Of a stretch of 64,000 nt of DNA, positions 37,715 through 48,100 are shown piece after piece. The stretch comes from Marsupella aquatica (Eukaryota; Plantae; Marchantiophyta), in contig OZ316893.1 of assembly GCA_973895155.1 (NCBI GenBank), positions 5,470,171 through 5,534,170 of the forward strand, given 5' to 3'. The position numbers and the translations under genes were made by a program. The notes below the pieces were generated by a model. It was given only the letters and a program-made list of their open reading frames with translations. It had not been told where the DNA came from and did not search any database. Position 1 is the first letter of the stretch; the number at the start of each line of letters is the position of its first letter.

Positions 37715-39344
37715 ATGCCTGGGAGGTGACGAGGTTTTTTCGTGACAGGTTTTTCCAGCGTTCATTGTCGATGGTACATTCGGAGTTTCATCGCATGAAA
37801 CTCAAATGTATGTGGTTGTGCGGATAGGTTAGTGAGAGGGCTTTCTAACGGTGGTTAGAACTCGCTGATCGGTATCCGTGGTACGGAGGAATTGAAGTTT
37901 GCGTCGTTCAGGTTTTATTCGTGTTCGACGGGTTTTCGGGGGAGAGACCAGAGTTTGCGTTGTTCAACGGTGTGAGCTGTGCGGTGTTCGGGGGATCACA
38001 CATTATAGCTTAAGTTGAAGGTTGATGCGAACTGGTCATTTTGGTAGCTGGATTGCTGTCGAGTTGTTACCGAGTGCGTCGTGACGAGTAAAGGAGGCAT
38101 TCAGGTTTTTTTTTCACAAGCTATGGAGCTTGTTCTCATCTGAACCGGTTTTCTCTTCGTGCCGTCCGACTCGGTGGAAGAGATGCGAAGTGCCACGGCT
38201 CAACGGTTTGATCGCGGCGAGGCGGTCGTTTTGAGCCCGGGATTGGCACTTGACGCGGAGTGAAGGCGACGTGGTGGAAATTTTTTACTCTACAGGAGCT
38301 GCAGACTGTGCCGGTACAATTCGGCAACTTTTCCTGTTGGCGGCATTCGCTTTTCTCGTTTGAAACAGCGGCTATTAAGGTGAGAACTCAAATTTTTTGG
38401 GTTGAGGTCATCTTTTGCTTTTAGAGGGGTTTAAAAACGTTTTGTGTGTTTATACACACAAAAACGTGTGTATACACACACGTTTACGCCCGTCCCGGCC
38501 CGCATACCGTCGCGCTCCCCCCTCCCGTGTACCTGGTCGAAGCCGCGACCGCGGCGGGCTACGCAGCGCCGGCCGGCGCTTGTGCGCCTCACCGCCCCCT
38601 CCCCGCCCGCGCGCTCCCTCCCGCCGGCAGTCTGCCAGCCACGGGTTGTGGCCGCCGATTGCAACCCCGCACACCACCGGTGACTGCAGCCGGCCGCGCC
38701 TACGCCCGCCCCGACGGCCGCAAAGTCACCCCCGTGCCCTCCTGTATCCCACACGAATACCCTGTACCCTGTCTGGCCCGCCTCGCGTATGCGCGACGCG
38801 GATGCGCGTTTTGGCGTATTTTCTTTAAAGGGGCTTAAACCCCCTTTTAAGGGCCAATTTTTTTAACTTTCCTCCGGCTTTTTGATTGGCTCTCCTTGGG
38901 CCCGGTGACCCGGCACTTTAACCGCTTGGACAGGGGGAACGGCCCCCTGTGAGACCTGCTGTACTGTGCGGGAATATTCCCGAAAAATAGAGAGCTGTTT
39001 TTCGGCCATCCGACAAAGATTCCATCCGCCGAATGGTAACTTTTTTGGTTCTTTTTTGGTGAGGACGTTGCCACTGGAGTTAGCAACGCGGCGCACCGAT
39101 CACATCGCGATTCCGACGACGGGTTGTACTTGGTATTTCGGTTATTCTCCGAGGTGGTCAAAACGGGGGAGTTTCCCAAGGTTTTACCCACCCCGACCAA
39201 AATTTGAATAACTTTTCCGTCGAATTTCAATTTTGATTTCGGCTTTCAGTATTGGACTCCTAGCTTCGTGGGCTACGCGGCGGTGTTGAGTTTTGAGTTT
39301 TATGAGAAGTTTCAAAAAAAGACGTTTTTTCGTGATTGTTTCAT

Positions 39345-40400
39345 ATGAGTGACTCGGAGGATACTGGAAGAATTGGCATCGGTGGAGCTTCAGGATCGCG
39401 ACGGTCAGACGGAGAGTCTGAGGAGGAGCTGCTACCGTTTGAGGAAGAACTAGTGACACCGGTACGATCACCGGTGCGGCGTGCAGTGGAGGAAGCTGTG
39501 TTACTACCAGAGCTATCGGTAGTGGGAAAGAAGAGGGAGATGGCTAGATTTGGAGGAGTGAAGTTTGAGGTGGAGAAGTACGATGGTCGTACTGATTACT
39601 TGCTGTGGGAGAAGCAAGTGAAGGGTGTTCTTCGGGCCATGGGCTTAGCTCATCTGCTCTCTTCGCGAGAGCAGTATGATGGAGAGGAGGAGATCTCAGA
39701 AAAGCAGTGGAGATAGGAGCAGGTGATTGCTGTTAATGCAGTGATGCTTTATCTGAAGCCGTACATCATCAAGCAGCTGGATGATTATGCGGATTGCGCA
39801 TCACTGTTCAAGGCTCTAAGAGAGAAGTACTACCAGGAAGATGCGTCAGATCGGCTGTACAAGAAGTCTCTCTTGATGAGCCTCAGGCTCAAGGAAGGGA
39901 GCAAGATGCAAGATCACCTGGATGAGTTTGACAGTCTAGCGATGGATCTGTCAAACCTGGGAAAAGGAGTTGAAGATGAGGATAAGGCCTTGCTTCTGCT
40001 AAGCTCCTTACCGCCGTCATATCAGGGCTTGAAACAGGTGCTCTTGTATAGAGATCTGAAGTCCATTTCGTATAATGAGGTGGTGAGCTCATTACTGTCT
40101 GATGATGCTCAGAAGAAGCTGGGTCAATCACAGACAGCATCTTCTTCTGGCACTGCGCTCAATGTGAACAGGGGAAGAGCAGCGCAGCGCACGAATGGAC
40201 AGAATAGGTTTAGATCTACATCACGGGGGAGATCTAAATCCAGAGGGAAATCACAAGAGAGGAAGCCTCTTGCATGTTGGAATTGTGGCAAGCCTGGCCA
40301 CATGAAAAGGGATTGTCGAGTAAAGGTCCCTACTGCCTCTGCTAACGCGGCATCGAGCTCGCATGAGGTAGATTTACTCGATGATGATGACATATTGTGA
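39345..40400 (+). pseudogene. gag: copia A gag, premature TAG at 39714-39716
   Basis: KFEVEKYDG..DYLLW, LLLLSSLPPSY, CCHC knuckle CWNCGKPGHMKRDC; ends TGA 40398-40400. Confidence 0.92.
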
Positions 40401-43400
40401 TGTCAAGGTTATGCTCTCAACGTAGTGTCAAATCCAGGTAGTGATGACTGGATTCTAGATAGTGCATGTACTTTTCACATTTGCTCTAGGAGAGATTTTT
40501 TCAGTTCTTACACGGTTTCCAATGGGTCAGTGTTGATGGGAAATGGAATCCCATGTCAAGTTGTTGGACTTGGATCTGTAAGATTTCAGATGTTTGATGG
40601 TGCTGTGAGAACGTTGAGGAATGTAAGACATATTCCCAGCATGATGAAAAATCTCATTTCACTTGGAGTTTTAGAAGCAAATGGCCATCAGTGGAGTTCT
40701 GCTAATGGTGTCCTTCAGGTTTCAACTGGTACTAAAGTTGTATTGAAGGGAAAGAGACATTGCAATCTATACGTTTTGGAGGGCAGTGTAGTCAGTGATG
40801 AAGCCAATGCAACCTTATCTCATGAGGAGACGGCCCGGCTGTGGCACTTCCGTTTGGGCCACATGAGTGAAAAAGGTTTGGTTATTCTTCAAAAGAAAGG
40901 ATTACTTTCTAATTTGCAGTCTTGTAAGTTAGAATTTTGTGAGCACTGTGTGCTAGGGAAGCAGCACAGGAAACCCTTCGGAGTTGGAACTCACACCAGC
41001 AAGGAGGTACTTGAGTATGTACATAGTGATGTGTGGGGTCCAGCCCCTACTCCCTCACATTCTGGATGATTATACTATGTCACGTTCATAGACGATTACT
41101 CAAGGTATGTGTGGATATATTTTCTACACAGTAAGTCTGATGTTTTTGCCACTTTTAAGGAGTGGAAAGCCCAAGTTGAGAATCAGACTGGTAATAAGGT
41201 GAGATATCTACGATCGGATAATAGCGGTGAATACAGTTCCGGGGAATTTGGAACGTATTGTAAGGAGCAGGGGATAACCCGCCATCTCACAACAAGTTAT
41301 ACTCCTCAGCAGAACGGTGTTTCTGAGAGACTCAACCGAACACTGTTGGACCGCTCGAGGAGTATGTTGAGTCAATCATGCTTACCACATGAGTTTTGGG
41401 CTGAAGCTGTCAACACTGCAGCTTATTTGGTAAATTTTTCTCCATCCAGTTCTATTGGATTCAAGACGCCATTTGAAATGAGGTACGGGCGTCCAGCAGA
41501 TTACTCACATTTGAGGATTTTTGGATGTGATGCTTATGTGCTTACACCTTCTCAGCTTCGATCCAAGCTGGAGTCCAAGTCAAAGAAGTGCATTTTCCTT
41601 GGCTATCAGAAAGGTGTGAAGGGTTATAGGTTATGGGATCCAGTAACCTGTAAGTTAATTGTCAATAGAGATGTGTCCTTTAATGAGTCCAGATCATCAA
41701 AGGAGGGGGAGAGTTCTCAGGACTCCCAGACTGACAAGGGGAAATCTCCCATCCCGGACCGGGTTGAGGGGGAGATTAGTCATGATGCAGTTCATGACAG
41801 GAGAGATGGAGAAGCTCTGGGCTTGGAGTTGGTTCCTGTGATGGAACAAGAGGAGCAGATTGTTGCTAGGGTACCTCAAATTCAACCAGCAACAGCAGCA
41901 GATCAGCCTGAGTCATCTACTAGAAGAACTTCCAGTCGTTCTACTAGAGCTCCTACCAGGTATGGTCAATGGGCAGACTCATCTAAGCTAGATGATATTG
42001 ACATTGCACCTGATGATGATGACATGGCTTTGATCTTGGAAGAAGGAGAGCCTTCTTGGTACAGTGAGGCTTGTGCTTCAGAGCAAAAGCATGAGTGGAA
42101 TGCAGCAATGCAGAGGGAGTTGCAATCTTTGAGTGACAACAAGACATGGGAGCTGGTGGAGCTTCCAAGAGGTCAGCAAGTGGTGGACAGCAAGTGGATT
42201 TACAAGTTGAAGGACAGTCCTTCAGAGGGTGGAGATAAGATCTACAAGGCAAGGCTTGTTGCCAAGGGGTTCACTCAGGAGAAAGGAGTGGACTACAATG
42301 AGGTCTTTTCACCGGTGGCTAAGTATTCCACAATTCGGATCTTGTGTCAGCTTGTTGTGTTTTTTAATCTGGTGATGGATCAGATGGATGTTGTTACTGC
42401 TTTTCTCTATGGCAACTTGGACGAGATGATCTTCATGAGACAGCCGCTAGGCTTTATGAAGAAAGGCCAAGAGAACTTAGTTTGCAGATTGCTCAAGTCC
42501 TTGTATGGATTGAAGCAGTCTTCCAGACAGTGGAACAAGCGGTTTGATGATTTCATGTTTGCTCAAGGTTTTACAAGGATGGTGTATGATCCTTGTGTGT
42601 ATACGAAATCAGTCAAGAATGATGTATTTGGTTTCATCATTCTGGTGATCTATGTGGATGACATGCTGATTGTGGCTAAAGATCAATTTGAGGTTGACAG
42701 TCTCAAGGCAAAATTGAGTGCTGAATTCAGGATGAAAGATCTTGGTAAGGCCAAGAGGATCTTAGGAATGGAGATTTTTAGGAACTCTGAGACTGGACAG
42801 TTGTGTTTGAGTCAAGGCCAGTATGCGAGGAAAGTACTTGCACGATTCAACATGGAAAACTGTAAGCCAGTGAGTATTCTTTTAGCTTCACATTTCAAGT
42901 TATCATCGGCTTTCTCTCCTACGGATGCTGTGGAGAAAGGTTTGATGGCTAAGATTCCTTATGAGAAGGCAGTAGGCAGTCTGATATATTTGATGACTTG
43001 TACTAGGCCTGACTTAGCCCTAGCGATGGGCAAGGTTAGCAGATTCATGTCAAATCCAAGGAAGGTACATTGGGAAGCTGTGAAGTGGATTCTCAGGTAT
43101 CTGAAGGGTACACAGGACTATGGATTACTATTTGATAACAGATCAAATAGAACGTTAGTTGGCTATGTAGATTCTGACTATGGAGGCTGTCTGGATACAA
43201 GGAGGTCTACAACTGGGTTTGTATACACTCTTGGAGGAGGATATATCAGTTGGAAATCTACCTTGCAGAAGTGCATATCTCAGTCTACTACAGAAGCAGA
43301 GTATGTTGCAGCAGCAGAAGCAGCAAAGGAAGCAATTTGGTTGGATAAGTTGATCGCGGAGATGGGTTCAGAGCATGGAAAAATGACTCTAAACTGTGAT

Positions 43401-43619
43401 AGTCAGAGTGCTCTTCACTTGGCTGCTAACCAGGTGATGGATAGCAGGGTGAAGCACATTGATATCAGGTACCATTTTATCAGGCAAGCAGTGTCTGATA
43501 AAACTTTTGAGCTAGTCAAGATTGATGGAAAGCTTAATCCCGCTGATGCCTTTACCAAAGTGATTCCTTTGGAGAGTTTCTCAAGACACCGTGCTACTTT
43601 GCAGGTTTTGCAGTTGTAG
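40401..43619 (+). pseudogene. pol: copia A pol (PR-INT-RT-RNaseH), in frame with gag, internal TGA at 41067-41069
   Basis: WILDSAC, LWHFRLGH..CEHC, HSDVWGP, TPQQNGVSER, KARLVAKG, YVDDML, STTEAEYVA, KHIDIRYHF. Confidence 0.95.
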
Positions 43620-43826
43620 TGCAAGTAGAGTTATTTAGCAATGTGTGACTATTTGTATATGGATTACTCATTCCTGTTTGGCTACGGCTTAGTTCTAGTT
43701 AACCCTTAGTTAACCCTTGTGGTTTTTAGGGGGAGACCTGGTTTGGTGATTGTCTAGAACTTCCCGCTGAGGATTCCATATGGTAGCATTTAGTCCAGTC
43801 CCCAAGACAAGAGTCAAGGGGGAGTT

Positions 43827-44170
43827 TGTTAGATATTGCTCTAGTCTTGTGACTCATGAGCTAACCACAGTTAGTCTAACTTGGGTTAGGACTTAGCTAA
43901 TGTTAGCGCTAGTGCTGTTGTGTATATAGCCAGGGCTGATGCCAGACCCTGGTGGAACTTAGGCTCATTGTTACGGAGCTAGTTGAGAGATAGGGAGAGC
44001 TTGTGCTGTGGATGCTTGGTATGGCCGGTCGGCCTAGAGTGCAGTAAAGCTCTTGTGTGTTCCCGTGGACGTAGCCTCATGTGGAGGTGAACCACGTATC
44101 TCTCTGTGTCGACTATTGTGCGTTGGATGGTTCATGGGCTTGCCGTTACGAATGTCGTCTATGCTCAACA
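43827..44170 (+). repeat. 3' LTR of copia A, preceded by PPT AAGGGGGAG
   Basis: Direct repeat of 37357-37700. Confidence 0.97.
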
Positions 44171-44300
44171 GGTGGCAGAGTTGCAGCTCATGAGAGGTAT
44201 ATGCTTGATGGGACCCCTAGAAAAATTGTTTCATGTGATGGGCCCTATCCTGAAAATGCACATCGTCATACAACATACATGGCTGACATACCATATATAC

Positions 44301-44327
44301 ATACATAACATAACATAACATAACATA
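44301..44327. repeat. (ACATA)n microsatellite
   Basis: About 5 tandem copies. Confidence 0.85.
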
Positions 44328-46936
44328 GACAAGAGCATACACAAATACGAGTATACCACAACTGAAACCCGTGGAAGACATACTGTCATAAAACACGTGT
44401 AGAACACAAACAGTCAAGCCAAACCCACTCCACTATGGAGAATCCAGGTTGAAGCTCACGGGACACCTAGCCAAGGATCCGGGCAATTAAGGAGCTCCAC
44501 TTACTACCAAGCTCTCCCAACACCAAAGGCTCAAGTCAAAGAACTAATTGTTCTTTGAGCACATTCACACTATACCCTCCAACCCAAGGGCGGGTCCTAC
44601 CAGAGGAGTCACCCTCAACAAGGCACCCTTCCAACCCTATGCATCGAACCACTCCCTATCTAGGCGCCCTACATAAGGCATTGTCTCCACTAGCACAGTA
44701 AGTACTACAACAATACACACATATATATGGTCATGACAGCCTCTATGAAAGTTTTGTTACCTACTAGAACCCTTCTTAATGACCAGTACAAGAAGTTCTT
44801 CTAAATGGAGAAACTACACAGTTTTTGGCCTTAGCTTACCATGTTGTTGTACAGTTTTGTTCTATAATCTACCAAGTTGCTTTGTTTGTGGTCAAGGTCA
44901 CCCTTTGCAATTTCCTACAGTTTACTAACACAGTCTTTTGCAGTCGTTTGGTTAAGACATTGTAGTTTATCATGTCTTCAAATCAATTAGGGTTTGAGGT
45001 AGTGGCACTTCCATCTCATCGGTTTTAGGGGCAATCATTGTTTTTGTAGTGAATTTTGGTAGTTTTACGATATGGACGGAGGCAATGGCAATGGTGATTC
45101 CTTGTGGGCTTAGGCTTTTTATCATTGCTTTGTGATGACATTTGTGACTTTTGCGAGGCTCTTGCAATCTGTTTCATAAATGGGATTTGCCGATCATGGT
45201 GTGCCACAAGACGCTGGGAAAACACCACGTTTGATTGTTGGGTCTTTTAGAAATGTTAACGTTGTTTTGTGTGTGGAGTACTTTCTTCCCCCTCTTGCTA
45301 TTCATCCCGGTATTGATCATCTCCAACTATTCAAACATTTTCTTGCTGTCCATAAAGTTGGGTGATTTGTATTTCTTGGCAAAAGCAGGTTTGCTGGGCT
45401 CTCCATGCTATCTGGACTTTCCCTTCTTCTTGAGATCAATGTAATGCACTTTGAAAAAGTTCCGATACTAGCAGGTATTGTAGGATGCTTTGCATCTTGA
45501 GCCCGATCTTGAGGTTGTTGCCTAGTAATTAAATAAATTAAGACAAAATTTTGAGAGTAGTATGTTATGTTGTGAGCTGACTGATTAAGATCATGTTTGA
45601 TAAATGAATATTAGTCTTGAACATTTGCTCCATATATTGTATTAGACGTCTTCATATTTCACCTATCAATATATCACCAGCAACAATTGCACCTAACTAA
45701 GTTGGATCACGTCCCTTGTGTTGTTAGATGCAAACTCCCTTCTACTACGCATGCACAGTCTATAGTGAGTCACATCAAGAAATACTTTAGATAATCGTTA
45801 AAAGACTGTGGGTAGCTTGTGTGAAAGTAATATTAATGAAAATTGTGGTACAATAAATATTAAAACCGGAAGACATTAATGTAACCATATTCAATCTCGA
45901 CGTTCAATCTCTGTCAATCTTTGAGAAATTGGCTTGTTTCTTGCCCTTGGCAGACACATCCACTTGAGCCATTTTGGGAGACGCTTGCAAAATTTCCAGG
46001 GGGAGCACAGAAAACCTACCCAATCTACAATTTAATGTTTCAGAACACACACTTGGAAATCATGTTGTCTTCCATGCTCAATTCCAGTGTTGTAGAGTGG
46101 AGTCTTGAGTCAAAGCGGGAAACGCTTCAGTTTGCATTTGGGGGCTTTTGCACATAGGAGCTCCTTCCCCCATTGGAGCATGGCCGCTCCACAACCGGGT
46201 CCACAACCGCCCAATCAAAATCTGGATAAACCTCGTTGAGAGCAGAATTATACAGTCATGCGCTATGCAAGGCACCGTTTAGCGTTTCAGTAAGGTGAAA
46301 CCCCATTTATGGGATGTGCAATAGCATTAGCAGCATCCCTTTGGGCTTGGGTTTTTCCCTCCCTCTTATTGGGTTTGGTCAAATCCGCATTAGGGTAACC
46401 AACCCCGTAACTGTTAAAGATGCTCTAATGATTGCTATTTGCAATAGTCTCCATGTTCTGTGGAAGGTGACCTTGAGGGTAAACTATCAGCACTCATCTT
46501 TAAATGACCTATTTTAGTTTAGAAAAGTATAAAATAGATCCTCTATTGTGTGTTGTAAACACTTTCTTTTACTTTCTGCACTTTATGAAACTGTGACCAA
46601 AACCCTTTTTTGCAGTTGACCCTCACAACTGTGAGAAGGTGGGTGGCATGTCCACGCCCCCCCCCCCCAACACCACCAATGTTGTCAAAAATGTGTGAGT
46701 ATAGAAGGGGCAATGACAAGAATAGAGACTTCACTAATGTTTCTATGACCAGAGAGAGTTTGGTCACAAGCTTTGGTTTAATCTCACCTGTTACTTTTTC
46801 CATTACCTATTAAAGATGTAATTGATAATTGTAATATGACTAATGAATAATTAATTAATAGCCAATACTTCAATAGCGGGATTTTGGATCTTGACAGATT
46901 ATCATGTATCTGATTGGTTCACTTCCTTCAGAGTAT

Positions 46937-47078
46937 GTACTTCAGTGTGTTGCCTTGGCCCAAGTACACGGAATTAGTCTTATCACTTTAAATTGGAAAC
47001 ACACATGTTTCTGAAGGTGACTTTGTGATAACACTAATTCCATGTATTTGGGCCAGGGTAACAGTCACACTGAAGTAC
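46937..47078. mobile_element. foldback element, probably a Tc1/mariner-Stowaway-type MITE
   Basis: About 50-bp inverted arms 46937-46986 and 47025-47078; reads TA|CTTCAGTGTG...CACACTGAAG|TA. Confidence 0.7.
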
Positions 47079-48100
47079 AAAAGACTATGAAAGTTGATTG
47101 ATCAAATAAATAATTGTATTCATTTGGCATTGCATATAATCATAAGATTTCAGTTTCTTGGACCAATTTGTGGTTCTCAGAATATAAACAAGGATATTGT
47201 CTCTGTCAAACCATACTTCACTATCTTGACACCTAATCCCCATGAAATTTTAGATCAACATTTTTGTAATTATATATGTTACTTGAGACCAAAGTTGGTC
47301 TCCCTTGCAGATTAGAATTATGTACTAACTATGTTAATACTTATGGTAATTTCACAATAAGACCAATGGAGGTAAATAATGCAGATATTTGTCATCTTTT
47401 GCTTGGTTTACCCAATAATGCAATCCATGTTTGAGCTCAACATATACACCCAAAGGCTCATTGTTTAGGGTTTGAGGCTTGCACAATGGAAAATCAGTGG
47501 AACCATTGTCCTCTATCCCCACACCCCATGCTCATATCATGGCAGAAATTTGGGTACAAAGAGCGAAGCAATGAGAGATGGGGACAACAATAAATCAGCA
47601 TAATTATTAACTCTTATCATTAAATCAGAACTTCAGCAAGAGATCATGTGACCCACAGTGAGCTACTGCTTGTGACATTTGAATTAACACTATTTCACAT
47701 AGGGAAAAATAATCTGATCATTTATTTGTTCAATAATTTCATTTCTAAGATTCTCTGAACACCCCTGCTTGAATTATATTAAATTTTCATGGAGAAAACA
47801 GGAAAACAGTGCATTGATTAGACACATTGCTACATTGTCAGGCAGACATGTCAAATATAAGGTATTGGCAACAATTTCCTCTTATTGCATATACTATTGG
47901 TGGTGAGCACTTAAGATTTCAAGCATTTTGAGCAGAAGAGGTAATGATATGGTTCAAACTGGGAAAGAAATTAATGGGTATGGACAACTTTGACAGATTC
48001 TTAAAATTGGAGCCGGGAAGAACTTTGAAGATGTGAAAATAATATTGAAAGAAATTTCAATCTTGTCAAGTACTTTTAGCCATAAGATTCCAGCCTTAAA

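Larger units (their letters stand above)
37357..44170 (+). mobile_element. full-length Ty1/copia LTR retrotransposon A (Tnt1/Tork-like), 6814 bp
   Basis: TG...CA LTRs, TSD GGTGG (37352-37356, 44171-44175), iMet PBS, PPT, gag-PR-INT-RT-RH order. Confidence 0.98.

Noticed and set aside
38415-38838. Multiple overlapping Arg/Pro/Ala-rich ORFs
   Set aside because: Expected from very high GC; no counterpart in copia B
38847-39230. Antisense ORF shared with 53944-54156
   Set aside because: About a quarter of residues differ with radical changes, and both start at non-ATG codons; fits non-coding conservation
43620-43826. env-like ORF after pol
   Set aside because: Only about 200 bp separate the pol stop from the 3' LTR in both elements
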